Positions 41,241-55,984 of a stretch of DNA of 64,000 nucleotides are shown here, piece after piece. The DNA is from Macrostomum lignano (taxonomy: Eukaryota). A program made the position numbers and the translations under genes. Under the pieces are notes generated by a model. It had not been told where the DNA came from, did no database searches, and saw only the letters and a list, made by a program, of their open reading frames with translations. The first letter of the stretch is position 1, and every line of letters begins with the position of its first letter. The stretch spans positions 1-64,000 of the forward strand of contig NIVC01003579.1 of assembly GCA_002269645.1 (NCBI GenBank), written 5' to 3'.

Positions 41241-41844
41241 GCCTTTCCTTCTCTGTGCCTCGTCCGCATTACATTTTCACCACAGACTATGTTGCAGTTA
41301 GCAAATAATGAATTTAAAAAACGTCAAGCTCGAAAAATAATTTCACGAGGAAAAGCACATACATCCCTATTGTATACTTTTGTTTATGGTCAAGACCGTA
41401 ACACAGCAAAGCATCTGTGCCAGCCATGGACAGTTTCCATATACGGCAGAAACAAACTTGCTTCAGGACATTGGGACTGGTCAATACTGTTTGGCTCAGT
41501 TAACTACATCATCAGGGGTTATAGCTTAGGCTTGTCTAGGAAATCACTAAATTATTTGTCTTAGAAGAACAAATACACGCGAGCTATATTCGTTATTGAA
41601 GTGCAGTGCACCGGCTTCTGTCATCATATATACGCAGCAGTTTGATGGACTTTTTCGGTATTTAACGAACTAATTCCAATAGGACTGAAAATGCTAGATA
41701 GCTGTAGACCAGCTTCCTGCATCAACTAATTAGTGCAGTGCAGCTGGATCACCGCCCTTCTCTTTTCCTCTATCCCTTTCTCCCTCCCTTTTTTTTCTCC
41801 CAAGCTTCATTTAGGTCAATTAGGCCGCCTCCGATGCGACTTCA

Positions 41845-42060
41845 TTCCTAGCCCTTCATGCTCTTCATTCCTAGCCCATCATACTCTTCATTCCTAGCCC
41901 TTCATGCTCTTCATTCCTAGCCCTTCATGCTCTTCATTCCTAGCCCTTCATACTTTTCATTCCTAGCCCTTCATACTCTTCATTCCTAGCCCTTCATGCT
42001 CTTCATTCCTAGCCCTTCATACTTTTCATTCCTAGCCCTTCATACTCTTCATTCCTAGCT
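41845..42060. repeat. 23-bp minisatellite, ~9 copies
   Basis: TTCATTCCTAGCCCTTCATRCTY. Confidence 0.93.
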
Positions 42061-42394
42061 TCAATATTCTTGCAGCACAGTGGCCTTAAATACTCCAAAT
42101 AAGAAAGATTGACTTATGGAAAGCAAAGTCTTCGGGTCATAGAAGTTTTTCCGTAGCCCCGGCAACTCCAATTGAATCAGGAGTGAAAAATTCAATCAAA
42201 ATTTGAGTACCCACTCACTCACTCACGATGGTCTATATTGAAGTGACCAGACTGACAAGTAAAATTGGGAGTGAGCGTCAGCTTTTCACACTGCCGGGCA
42301 AATGGAATTATACTGACTTTAACCAATCTCGTTTGAGTGTCTGAAAAGTACACAATAATTCCTAATGTCTTTTTATTTTACTCAAAAGGCAATT

Positions 42395-43266
<872 letters not shown>

Positions 43267-43837
43267 TTAGTAGGTATAATCAAATCGGTTCCTCTTTTTT
43301 AATGAGGTCCAATGACGAAGCTGATGGAGCCTGTCAATCTGTCAACCTTAGCTCTGCCTCCCAAAAGATAAAACTGATAAGGATTTGCCTTTCTGCCCCA
43401 CCAAACACCGACTGCACTTAATTATTAACCCCGAATTCCGTCAGTTAAAGGAAACCGCGGCGTTAGCTTGGTAGCAGTTTCTGGCTGCAATAGTTTTAGC
43501 TGGCTGTGAAAGCGCACCAATCTCTCATTTCTGTGCGGCGGAAATGCGTTCGTGACTTGGCATATACAATATATATGTGATTCATTGATACATTGTGAAC
43601 AAACACTTTGGCGGTAGAATGAAAGTTATCTCACAGACTTTTATGGAAAATGCCGCTCACGTTTTCATGAAGGCTATTGGGTGGGTTTTGGGTGCCTCTT
43701 TGGTGCTACTGAACTTTTTATGCATCTGGCAGCGACATATAAATACAGTTTATCTCGTCTGACACTCACTTGGGCTCCTTTGACACGTAGTTTCTGACAC
43801 AATCCAATAGCTACTTCTCTTGACTGCTACAGGTCTG

Positions 43838-46210
43838 CCCAGTCGGACACCCAGTTTAGCCAGTCTGACACCCAGTTTAGCCAGTCTGACACCCAGTTTA
43901 GCCAGTCTGACACCCAGTTTAGCCAGTCTGACACCCAGTTTAGCCAGTCTGACACCCAGTTTAGCCAGTCTGACACCCAGTTTAGCCAGTCTGACACCCA
44001 GTTTAGCCAGTCTGACACCCAGTTTAGCCAGTCTGACACCCAGTTTAGCCAGTCTGACACCCAGTTTAGCCAGTCTGACACCCAGTTTAGCAAGTCTGAC
44101 ACCCAGTTTAGCCAGTCTGACACCCAGTTTAGCCAGTCTGACACCCAGTTTAGCCAGTCTGACACCCAGTTTAGCCAGTCTGACACCCAGTTTAGCCAGT
44201 CTGACACCCAGTTTAGCCAGTCTGACACCCAGTTTAGCCAGTCTGACACCCAGTTTAGCCAGTCTGACACCCAGTTTAGCCAGTCTGACACCCAGTTTAG
44301 CCAGTCTGACACCCAGTTTAGCCAGTCTGACACCCAGTTTAGCCAGACTGACACCCAGTTTAGCCAGTCTGACACCCAGTTTAGCCAGTCTGACACCCAG
44401 TTTAGCCAGTCTGACACCCAGTTTAGTATGTCTGACACCCAGTTTAGCCAGTCTGACACCCAGTTTAGTAAGTCTGACACCCAGTTTAGCCAGTCTGACA
44501 CCCAGTTTAGCCAGTCTGACACCCAGTTTAGCCAGTCTGACACCCAGTTTAGCCAGTCTGACACCCAGTTTAGCCAGTCTGACACCCAGTTTAGCCAGTC
44601 TGACACCCAGTTTAGCCAGTCTGACACCCAGTTTAGCCAGTCTGACACCCAGTTTAGCCAGTCTGACACCCAGTTTAGCCAGTCTGACACCCAGTTTAGC
44701 CAGTCTGACACCCAGTTTAGCCAGTCTGACACCCAGTTTAGCCAGTCTGACACCCAGTTTAGCCAGTCTGACACCCAGTTTAGCCAGTCTGACACCCAGT
44801 TTAGCCAGTCTGACACCCAGTTTAGCCAGTCTGACACCCAGTTTAGCCAGTCTGACACCCAGTTTAGCCAGTCTGACACCCAGTTTAGCCAGTCTGACAC
44901 CCAGTTTAGCCAGTCTGACACCCAGTTTAGCCAGTCTGACACCCAGTTTAGCCAGTCTGACACCCAGTTTAGCCAGTCTGACACCCAGTTTAGCCAGTCT
45001 GACACCCAGTTTAGCCAGTCTGACACCCAGTTTAGCCAGTCTGACACCCAGTTTAGCCAGTCTGACACCCAGTTTAGCCAGTCTGACACCCAGTTTAGCC
45101 AGTCTGACACCCAGTTTAGCCAGTCTGACACCCAGTTTAGCCAGTCTGACACCCAGTTTAGCCAGTCTGACACCCAGTTTAGCCAGTCTGACACCCAGTT
45201 TAGCCAGTCTGACACCCAGTTTAGCCAGTCTGACACCCAGTTTAGCCAGTCTGACACCCAGTTTAGCCAGTCTGACACCCAGTTTAGCCAGTCTGACACC
45301 AGTTTAGCCAGTCTGACACCAGTTTAGCCAGTCTGACACCCAGTTTAGCCAGTCTGACACCCAGTTTAGCCAGTCTGACACCCAGTTTAGCCAGTCTGAC
45401 ACCCAGTTTAGCCAGTCTGACACCCAGTTTAGTAAGTCTGACACCCAGTTTAGCCAGTCTGACACCCAGTTTAGCCAGTCTGACACCCAGTTTAGCCAGT
45501 CTGACACCCAGTTTAGCAAGTCTGACACCCAGTTTAGCCAGTCTGACACCCAGTTTAGCCAGTCTGACACCCAGTTTAGCCAGTCTGACACCCAGTTTAG
45601 CCAGTCTGACACCCAGTTTAGCCAGTCTGACACCCAGTTTAGCAAGTCTGACACCCAGTTTAGCCAGTCTGACACCCAGTTTAGCCAGTCTGACACCCAG
45701 TTTAGCCAGTCTGACACCAGTTTAGCCAGTCTGACACCCAGTTTAGCCAGTCTGACACCCAGTTTAGCCAGTCTGACACCCAGTTTAGCCAGTCTGACAC
45801 CCAGTTTAGCCAGTCTGACACCCAGTTTAGCCAGTCTGACACCCAGTTTAGCCAGTCTGACACCCAGTTTAGCCAGTCTGACACCCAGTTTAGCCAGTCT
45901 GACACCCAGTTTAGCCAGTCTGACACCCAGTTTAGCCAGTCTGACACCCAGTTTAGCCAGTCTGACACCCAGTTTAGCCAATCTGACACCCAGTTTAGCC
46001 AGTCTGACACCCAGTTTAGCCAGTCTGACACCCAGTTTAGTAAGTCTGACACCCAGTTTAGCCAGTCTGACACCCAGTTTAGCCAGTCTGACACCCAGTT
46101 TAGTAAGTCTGACACCCAGTTTAGCCAGTCTGACACCCAGTTTAGCCAGTCTGACACCCAGTTTAGCCAGTCTGACACCCAGTTTAGCCAGTCTGACACC
46201 CAGTCTAGCC
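43838..46210. repeat. 21-bp minisatellite, ~2.4 kb, highly homogeneous
   Basis: CAGTCTGACACCCAGTTTAGC, about 110 units. Confidence 0.99.
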
Positions 46211-46720
46211 AGGCTGCATACATTTGCACTCTCCTAGTTCAACTTCAATCCCTCTAATTTCTTCTCTCAGAAGAGTGACTTATGCATATTTCAATAGCTA
46301 CTTCTCCTGACTGCCACAGGTCTGGTAGGCTCTCAATTTGACCTCGATTTTGCCTCTCCATTTTGGCCATTTTCGGTGCCACGAGGACCAGAAATTATAC
46401 TGTCAGAAAAGTTCATTTTAGTTGGCGCGTGACATTAGTATATTTGCGTTTTAACAGAGAAAGCTTTTAATATTTGTCAACAACAATGGAGCATGACTTT
46501 AATCAATATGATTTGACTCGCAAAAAGCGGTAAATGTATGTTTAAATTCGCATATCGTAGAATCAATATGGAATGACTGAATGGGATCCAGGTGCGATCT
46601 GATGGTTTAAATAACAATTCAAAGGTAAAGATTCATACATTGAAATGGACTCGGCCAATTTTACAACAAAAATCATGCAGTGTTTACGACCGGAGCACTA
46701 AAACAAAAATAACAGGCAAT

Positions 46721-48059
46721 TCACAATTGTTGCATTTCAATTCTGTCCAGTCCGTGGCCGAAGTTCCAGGTAATTCTACAGCCGCAGCAGCAGCGACACT
46801 GGTTGCCAAGGCGACGAATGGTTCTCCTGTAGAGCGAGTGCGTTGCCACGAGAAAGTACGGATTGAACAGGCAATTAGTCAGCGCCAGCAGGTGAAAAAC
46901 TAACACTAGTTTGTGCATGAGTTCGGCATCGTTGCCGCGAGAATCCGGGACCAAGCTGGACGGTAGAGCTGCAGGCTTTGCATGGGCAGCCAGGTGACAG
47001 CGAATATCAGGACCAGGGCCACTCCGAGCAGAAACATCCTCCTGGACGTTGCCACCCGTTTTCGTCGATTCAAAGCGCTGCAAGTTGACGCCAGTGAAAA
47101 GTGATGCCGGATGCTGGACAGTCGCACCAGAGTCGTGTCCGAGTTCTGATAGCTGCACGACATCATCATGGCTTCGTAGCGTTTGTGCACGTTTAGAATC
47201 CTGTTGGACACGTAGATGGCCCGGCAGATGCGGAAGTAAGCCACCGCCAGGCTGAGCAGAGGCAGCAGGCAGACCAGGTTGAGCACAGCCAGACCGTACC
47301 AGAACTCCGGCCCTCGTTCGGGACTTGATGTCGAGGAGTTTCCAGGCGTAGCCGACTGGCTGATGAGGCTCCAGTTCTCCTTGCACACTGGCCAGTTAAT
47401 TCGGACTCCGAACTGTTGAGAGAACTTCTGTTCAGTGCTTCTTTCGACAATGGAAACTCGAGCTACTGGTACCGAGATGACCAGAGACGCCAGCCAGATG
47501 CCACCGATGGTGAGCAGCTCGTTGCGAGCTCGCTTCCGACCTCCGTCCTGCAGCCAGCTCGCCGTGTGCCTGCTAACGCCAAGACTACGCAACCAGCTCA
47601 GGCTGGTGAGGGTGAACACGCTGCTACACATGAGGCTTACGCTCATCGAGTGACGCAGCTTGCAGGCGAACTCGCCCAGGTACATCGATTGTCGATTTGA
47701 TCGGCGCAGGTGGCTGCAGGATGATCAGGGCCACCAGCAGGTCGCAGACAATCAAATTCAGATAGAAGCACCGGTGGTTTTTGACTTTTCCTCTGACTCC
47801 AGGTGGACAGGATCGCGTAGAGCATGAGGAAGTTGCCAATCACGGCGACGAGAGACACCAGACTGTACATCGCTATCATGCTTCGATAGAATGGTGCAGC
47901 CAGTTTCCTAGCTACAGTTTCATTGTAAGCCATGGACTCAAGCGCTGACTGCAGGCTGGCTAGGAATCTCAGATCCGATAGCATCGGGTGCGGGCCCGAA
48001 AGCGAGCTTGTCTTATTCTCCAGCATTGCTGACACAGGCTGAGTTACCTGAGGCTGCAT
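46721..48059 (-). pseudogene. Intronless class A (rhodopsin-like) peptide-receptor GPCR with several frameshifts (pseudogene or assembly indels)
   Basis: TM1 YSLVSLVAVIGNFLML; TM2 LNLIVCDLLVAL; ECL1/TM3 repairable to ILPATCADQIDNRWYLGEFACKL; TM4 GIWLASLVISVP; TM5 LLPLLSLAVAYFRI; TM6 IFAVTWLPMQ; TM7 LALTNCLFNPYF. These are spread over ORFs 47643-48059, 47624-47839, 46906-47685 and 46721-47386. Likely start MLENKT at 48026. Confidence 0.8.
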
Positions 48060-48859
48060 AGTTTAGTAGAACAAAAATGAAGTGAAGAGAGATCGTGGGT
48101 TATAGAGCCTGAAAACAAGCAGCTAGACTTTTTCTGAGGAGTTCCGGCAACGCCACAGCTGGGGAATTATGTAGAATAGAGGGCGGGGTGGGGAAGCAGA
48201 TGGGGGCGCTGGAACTAAGGGGGGGGGTAGCTGTTTTTTTGGTAGGAATCGATTGGAGGAGAGAGTTTCAAAGGGGTGACGCTGACGTCCAGTCTGTATT
48301 AGCCAGTCGCTCGATGCTGCTGACTGGCTGTTTAGTTTCTCGGAGACGGGATGCCAATCCTGTGTGTCTCCCGCACAGCTCCCCTCTGATTCCCCCACTG
48401 TCTCTCTTTCCTTCCTTGTGAAGATTCTATCGACTCCTCAGGGAATGATTGGTTGCTCCGGTCCCACAGTGACCCAGGCTATAGCCTGTCCGTCACTCCA
48501 ACAACTATTCGAGCGATTTGGTTAGCTCGCAACATTGAAACTGCGGCTCGAAGTTGATCGATATTTGGGGTAAAATGCCTGGCAGGCCCCGGGCGCGGTG
48601 GACCGAACTGGACGTGTTTACTTGGCGGTTATTGCGGTTCGGTTCTATAGAGCTGCTGCGGTGTCCAATTTCGATAATAAGCTAAGACCCAGATTAGCCA
48701 GGAGATGGATGGCTGCGCCACTCCGATAGTGTGAATAGAGAGGATTCTTTAAATTAGACTGCTGAAATTGGAATTCGGGAAAATTGGATTAAGTTGCCAG
48801 CTTAATAAACTACTTGGACTTTATCTATTCTGAGCGTTAGTGTTGCTGATGTGAACTGC

Positions 48860-49010
48860 TTTTGTAGCAGTTTGCCCTATTTTTAGTTTCCGTTGTAAAC
48901 AGTTTCAGTTCATTGGTGTCTGTAATATTTTTTAGTATCCTGAATTTGTTATGCTGTCCTGGAGCGTTACTTTTACGAGGCTGACAAAGAGGTCTTGCGT
49001 CACAACTTCT
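48860..49010 (-). mobile_element. Possible degraded LINE reverse-transcriptase fragment
   Basis: RKSNAPGQHNKFRILKNITDTNELKLFT resembles the K..kAPGpD.i...iLK......l..lFn segment preceding LINE RT; short match only. Confidence 0.35.
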
Positions 49011-49519
49011 CCCTTCTGATGAAGCCACCTCAGAGCTTGGGGCTTCATTTGCAGCTTGGGCGGAATGGCCTCTGCGCTGATTGTAGGACAATATCCTCGA
49101 AGGCGTTGCTAACTATCATTATGGTCATATAAATATTTTAGTAAAATGTATCTGAATATCTATAATATCCCTAGCAACCTGCAAAAATTGCATGCGTACT
49201 CCGAATCGAATCAGTGTGAATTCAGTCGTTCTGCCCAACTGGGCGAACATCTCGGGGTACCGCAAGACAGGGACTCACGCTTATTGATTGCACGAACTGA
49301 AGATTTCGCCGCGGCTATGTAGGCTTGCATATTACACTCCCATGCATGCAAGGAATAGGGGCGCATCGTGAGTGGCAACTCGGCCCGAGATAGATTTCTC
49401 TTACCTAGGACAAGGTTTTCTTGGAACAGCTTCTGTAGCACTCATTTTGAAGCTTTTAAGACACCAAACTGGGCGCCATATGGCAACTGTTAAGGCACAA
49501 CTAAGACACTTGTTTATGT

Positions 49520-51830
49520 CAATAAGACACCCGTGTACGCCACAAACACCTGCATAGACATCATTAAGACACCTGTCTACGTCTCTAAGACACCTGTATA
49601 GACATCACTAAGACACCTGTATAGACATCACTAAGACACCTGTATAGACATCACTAAGACACCTGTTTACATCAATAAGACACCTGTATAGACACCACTA
49701 AGACACCTGTACAGACATCACTAAGACACCTGTCTACGTCACTAAGACACCTGTATAGACATCATTAAGACACCTGTATAGACATCATTAAGACACCTGT
49801 ATAGACATCACTAAGACACCTGTATAGACATCACTAAGACACCTGTATAGACATCATTAAGACACCTGTATAGACATCACTAAGACACCTGTATAGACAT
49901 CACTAAGACACCTGTATAGGCACCACTAAGACACCTGTCTACGTCACTAAGACACCTGTATAGACATCATTAAGACACCTGTATAGACATCACTAAGACA
50001 CCTGTATAGACATCACTAAGACACCTGTATAGACATCACTAAGACACCTGTCTACGTCATTAATACACCTGTATAGACATCACTAAGACACCTGTATAGA
50101 CATCACTAAGACACCTGTATAGACACCACTAAGACACCTGTATAGACACCACTAAGACACCTGTATAGACATCACTAAGACACCTGTATAGACATCACTA
50201 AGACACCTGTCTACGTCATTAAGACACCTGTATAGACATCACTAAGACACCTGTATAGACATCACTAAGACACCTGTATAGACACCACTAAGACACCTGT
50301 ATAGGCACCACTAAGACACCTGTACAGACATCACTAAGACACCTGTATAGGCACCACTAAGACACCTGTACAGACATCACTAAGACACCTGTCTACGTCA
50401 CTAAGACACCTGTATAGACATCATTAAGACACCTGTATAGACATCACTAAGACACCTGTATAGACATCACTAAGACACCTGTTTACATCAATAAGACACC
50501 TGTATAGACATCATTAAGACACCTGTATAGACATCACTAAGACACCTGTATAGACATCACTAAGACACCTGTATAGGCACCACTAAGACACCTGTCTACG
50601 TCACTAAGACACCTGTATAGACATCATTAAGACACCTGTATAGACATCACTAAGACACCTGTATAGACATCACTAAGACACCTGTCTACGTCACTAAGAC
50701 ACCTGTATAGACATCACTAAGACACCTGTATAGACATCACTAAGACACCTGTCTACGTCACTAAGACACCTGTCTACGTCATTAAGACACCTGTATAGAC
50801 ATCATTAAGACACCTGTATAGACATCACTAAGACACCTGTATAGACATCACTAAGACACCTGTATAGACATCACTAAGACACCTGTCTACGTCATTAATA
50901 CACCTGTATAGACATCACTAAGACACCTGTATAGACATCACTAAGACACCTGTATAGACACCACTAAGACACCTGTATAGACACCACTAAGACACCTGTA
51001 TAGACATCACTAAGACACCTGTATAGACATCACTAAGACACCTGTCTACGTCATTAAGACACCTGTATAGACATCACTAAGACACCTGTATAGACATCAC
51101 TAAGACACCTGTATAGACACCACTAAGACACCTGTATAGGCACCACTAAGACACCTGTACAGACATCACTAAGACACCTGTATAGGCACCACTAAGACAC
51201 CTGTACAGACATCACTAAGACACCTGTCTACGTCACTAAGACACCTGTATAGACATCATTAAGACACCTGTATAGACATCACTAAGACACCTGTATAGAC
51301 ATCACTAAGACACCTGTTTACATCAATAAGACACCTGTATAGACATCATTAAGACACCTGTATAGACATCACTAAGACACCTGTATAGACATCACTAAGA
51401 CACCTGTATAGGCACCACTAAGACACCTGTCTACGTCACTAAGACACCTGTATAGACATCATTAAGACACCTGTATAGACATCACTAAGACACCTGTATA
51501 GACATCACTAAGACACCTGTCTACGTCACTAAGACACCTGTATAGACATCACTAAGACACCTGTATAGACATCACTAAGACACCTGTCTACGTCACTAAG
51601 ACACCTGTCTACGTCATTAAGACACCTGTATAGACATCACTAAGACACCTGTATAGACATCACTAAGACACCTGAATAGGCACCACTAAGACACCTGTAT
51701 AGGCACCACTAAGACACCTGCATACATTAATAAGACACCTGTATAGACACCACTAAGACATCTGTTTATAGACATCACTAAGACACGTACCAGTATAGAC
51801 ACCACTAAGACACCTGTGTAGACATAGGCA
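49520..51830. repeat. 21/23-bp minisatellite, ~2.3 kb
   Basis: AAGACACCTGTATAGACATCACT and shorter AAGACACCTGTCTACGTCACT. Confidence 0.98.
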
Positions 51831-52454
51831 GAAAAGGGACATTTACTTAGACAAGTTAGCGACCTTGTCTTCGCCGAAATGACGCAATCAGATCATCATT
51901 AGCCAGGAGTAGATGCTCTTTAGCCCTAATGAGACAAAAAGCTGTCGTTTCTTTCAGAAAACGAACTGAAAAACGCGATTTAATGATAGAAAAAAATGAT
52001 CGAATCATTTCTCCTTGTTCAAGTTTGCTTTTTCTACTCTTACAAGGAAGCGCATGCTTCCAAGGCCCCTCTCCCCTCCGAATGGCATCAAGGTTAGGAA
52101 CACGATTAGGCAGACTGAGAAGGACGAGAGAGTGTTAAAAGTGCAAACGAAGCTTAAAAAGAGCGCTGAGCAAACAGTGAGCATATATGCCAAGGCCTCA
52201 ACAACGTCTTGGGCCTGTGTTCTCCGGAGTACAACCATTTTGAGTCGGCTAAATTATCTTGGAAGCTTCTCGCACACTAATTGCAGTTATTAGGCTCACT
52301 GTGCCGTGCCAAATTCGAGTTTGGTTATTAGCTCGTAGCAGAAAAATCTATGGAGCGAATGTCGCCATATCTTTATCCTTGCTTTTTCTCTTAATACTGA
52401 ATTCCCTGATTCCCCGCGTTGATTCCTCTTACTAAAGTTGCGTGTCCGAATTAT

Positions 52455-53520
52455 CCTTTCCGAATTCTCCTCACCGAATTCTCCTTTTTGAATTCTCCCC
52501 TCTGAATTCTCTTCTCCGAATTCTTCTCTCCGAATTCTCCCCTCTGAATTCTCTTCTCCGAATTCTTCTCTCCGAATTCTCCCCTCCGAATTCTCCTCTC
52601 CTTTGAATTCTCTCCACCGAATTCTCCACTCTGAATTCTCCACTCAGAATTCTTCCATTTAAATTCTCCTCTCCGAATTCTCACTGAATTCTCCTCTCCG
52701 AATTCTCCTCACTGAATTCTCCTCTCCTTTGAATTCTCTCCACCGAATTCTCCACTCTGAATTCTCCACTCAGAATTCTTCCATTTAAATTCTCCTCTCC
52801 GAATTCTCACTGAATTCTCCTCTCCGAATTCTCCTCACTGAATTCTCCTCTCCGAATTCTCCTCACTGAATTCTCCTCTCCTTTGAATTCTCTCCACCGA
52901 ATTCTCCACTCTGAATTCTCCACTCAGAATTCTTCCATTTAAATTCTCCTCTCCGAATTCTCACTGAATTCTCCTCTCCGAATTCTCCTCTCCGAATTCT
53001 CCTCTCCTTTGAATTCTCTCCACCGAATTCTCCACTCAGAATTCTTCCATTTCAATTCTCCTCTCCGAATTCTCACTGAATTCTCCTCTCCGAATTCTCC
53101 TCACTGAATTCTCCTCTCCTTTGAATTCTCTCCACCGAATTCTCCACTCTGAATTCTCCACTCAGAATTCTTCCATTTAAATTCTCCTCTCCGAATTCTC
53201 ACTGAATTCTCCTCTCTGAATTCTCCTCACTGAATTCTCCTCTCCGAATTCTCCTCACCGAATTCTCCTCTCCGAATTCTCCTCTCCGAATTCTCCTCTC
53301 CGAATTCTCCTCACCGAATTCTCCTCTCCGAATTCTCCTCTCCGAATTCTCCTCTCTGAAGTCTCCTCTCCAAATTATTTTCTCTGACTTCTTCTGTCAG
53401 AAGTCTCCACTCCAAATTCTCCTCTCCGAATTCTCCTCTCCAAATTCTCCTCTCCGAATTTTCCTCTCCAAATTCCCCTCTCCGAGTTCTCCTCTCCGAA
53501 TTCTCCTCTCAGAATTCTCT
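52455..53520. repeat. GAATTCTCCTCTCC-type ~14-bp minisatellite with higher-order blocks
   Basis: Dense EcoRI-site units; block CTTTGAATTCTCTCCACCGAATTCTCCACT recurs at ~52601, 52728, 52881, 53007 and 53120. Confidence 0.93.
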
Positions 53521-54883
53521 TCGTATTCTCGTTTATAAGATTCCTCTTATCGATTTCCATTTTACAAGCGCTGTTTATTGAGTTAGTTATACCGAAGCGC
53601 CTTTTAAATTTCTTAAAAATACCCCTTGAATCGTATAACTTTTCTCGTATTTCATCGCATTTGAACCTCAAGTGGCAAACTGATATTCCCATAATTTTCC
53701 TGCCCACTGACTCGGGCAACAGAGGGCATTTAGCGGAGGCGTTGGTCAGAAAAAGATCTCCATTATCTAATTAGAGACAAAAATTGATTTTTAATTTAGC
53801 CGCGCGACGGACAACGTGAGGGTTAATTGCAGGGAATTCTGACGGGCGTGAACTACCACTCGGTTAGATAAGATAAGCTCAGACAAGATAAGATAAGCCA
53901 TCTGTTAATTTTCTACCCTTCTCAGCGAACGCAAAATTCAAAGAGTCATCTATCTGGAGTGGAAAACAAATTATTACTTAATTTAGGCACTTTCCAATCC
54001 AGATTCTCCAAAGTTGTCTAAGCCTAGTTGTCCCTGAATGTCTTAACGATAATATGGGATAGGATGGGATGAGATGAGATAAGAAGAAATGATATGAAGA
54101 TAACATAAGATAAGATGAGATGAGATGGGCTGAAATGAGATGCATCTAGCAAAGTAAACTAGAAGCCACCTATAAAATTAGAAACAATCATCAAACAAGC
54201 ACCATTTTTTCTGCACTTTTAAGGTAAGCCTACGACCTGACTCAAGAAGCTCTACCTTGTCCTGGCCTGACAGGTGTATTGAAGCAGAGAGTCTGATTCA
54301 GACTCAAAGAAATCAATTTCTGGTAGCTATACCTATACGCCTTTCTACAAGCAAGCAACAATTGCTCTCTGGTTGCTTTGCCAACGCTCAGAGGGGGAGC
54401 GGCTGGGCTGTCGACAGGTGACTATGTGAGTCCCAAAACCCCCTCCCCGTGGTCAACTATTTTCCCTTCAATAGTCTAAAAGAGGATTGCAGAACTGCAG
54501 CAAGCGAGTGAGTTGAAAATCAATGAACTATTACTACAGCAAAGAAGGCTCTGCTCTAACACGCGGCAAACAACAGTGCCTCGCCTCCCAGATTCAAGTC
54601 TGGCTTCCAAACTTTCTTCACCTCAGGTTTTCCCCTCGGCTGGCATTGCTTCTTCGGGCGTGGAGGAGGCTGAGAATGAGAGAAAACTAAGACCCAGCAG
54701 CAGCTTATTGCAGACGCGACCGCGCGGTGTTTTCCAAGAGCCAGCAGGAAAAGAAATTGAAAGCCAGGGTGGAAAATTTTCTGGGGAGTTTCTCTGCTGG
54801 CAGTTTATTTTCAAGTGCACCCCCCCCCTATAAGCCCCTTTCGGTATGTTTTTGTCTTTAGCCGGTTGTACTTGTCCTTGCTC

Positions 54884-55170
54884 GGGTTTTAGCCTAAGTG
54901 GTCAGAGCGTCGGACTCCTGACTGAGAGGTTGGGGGTTCCATTCTCGACCAACTCGGAACAATTTGTGTCCTTGAGCAAGACACACTTAACTCTGCATTG
55001 CTTCAGTTCACCCAGCTGTAAAATGGGTGCCAGCATTAGCTGGGGTAATTGAGGGTGTGTGGCGACCCCCCAGTCCTTGGACTGAACAGCCGTACGCAGC
55101 CTTCAGATGCGCCGCGCAATAGCTGCGGCTGAGCTGTCGGTTGCACGTCTGGAGGTGTAATCAACTATTA
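54884..55170 (+). mobile_element. tRNA-derived CORE-SINE
   Basis: Pol III A box TAGCCTAAGTGG (54890-54901) and B-box-like GGTTCCATTCTC (54935-54946). Then TGTGTCCTTGAGCAAGACACACTTAACTCTGCATTGCTTCAGTTCACCCAGCTGTAAAATGGG (54965-55028), which aligns by eye to the MIR CORE consensus. AT-rich tail; 3' boundary approximate. Confidence 0.75.
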
Positions 55171-55984
55171 CTAATATATCATTATTCAGCAAGAATAATA
55201 GCACTAAAAAGAATTCTGCCTTTGACAAACTCTGTGCATGCATACTCGTACGAGTAAACTCACTAGCTACTACAGGACAAATAGCTCATGTATGTGTCCC
55301 TCACTAACCTCCCGATCAATTCCTTAAAAAACCGGAGTATTGAGTCCTTCCACTTCAGCTGTCAACGTTTTACGTGTCTTTGCTGGGTTTTACTTTTCTG
55401 TTGACATTTGTACCAGCCATATTTATACCTCCTTTTAATAATATAGAATTTCCTATGATCATCTGTACTTTTCCGTGGGTTGTACGACGTATTATTTTGT
55501 CCTAACATGTCTTGATCACATTCATCTTGTTGTCGTTCAGCCGTGATAATCGGGAACATTGATAAAAGTACATTTCAAAAGCCAGGCAAGCAAACCGTGA
55601 ACTGAATAAAAGCTTGAAACTAACAATATGGATTGACAGAAACTGGACCTTCTGGGACAGCAAAAGGAATCCGATGAGCGACACGGGCTTGTCTCAAACT
55701 CTTCTCTTCGAAGGAAGTGATCCTTCAGATTAACTCAGTGTTAGTGGAAGTTTTATTTGAGAGTTTCAGATCGCGCACTTCTTAACTGACTTTGTTCAAT
55801 TTCCTATCTTTCCAACGCTTCTGTGATATTTTTCCTGCTCTGGTTACAAAATATAATCATACACTTATTCAAGATAAGCAGGATTGCGTGATGGATATTT
55901 GTCGGAGGAATTAGCACCCTTCTTGAGACCGAAAAGAATTATAAATATATAAAGCTTCTTTGCGCCTTCTTTGGAATATTATCT

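Noticed and set aside
43619-43762. 47-aa ORF with a hydrophobic segment (MKVISQ..AIGWVLGASLVLLNFLCIW)
   Set aside because: Short, no homology recognised and no supporting splice or promoter evidence.
53375-54833. ORFs 53375-53719 (-) and 54513-54833 (+) as genes or TE fragments
   Set aside because: No recognisable motifs; partly repeat-derived.
54884-54950. Functional tRNA gene
   Set aside because: B box is degenerate, no convincing cloverleaf, and it is followed by a CORE domain, so it was called a SINE head.
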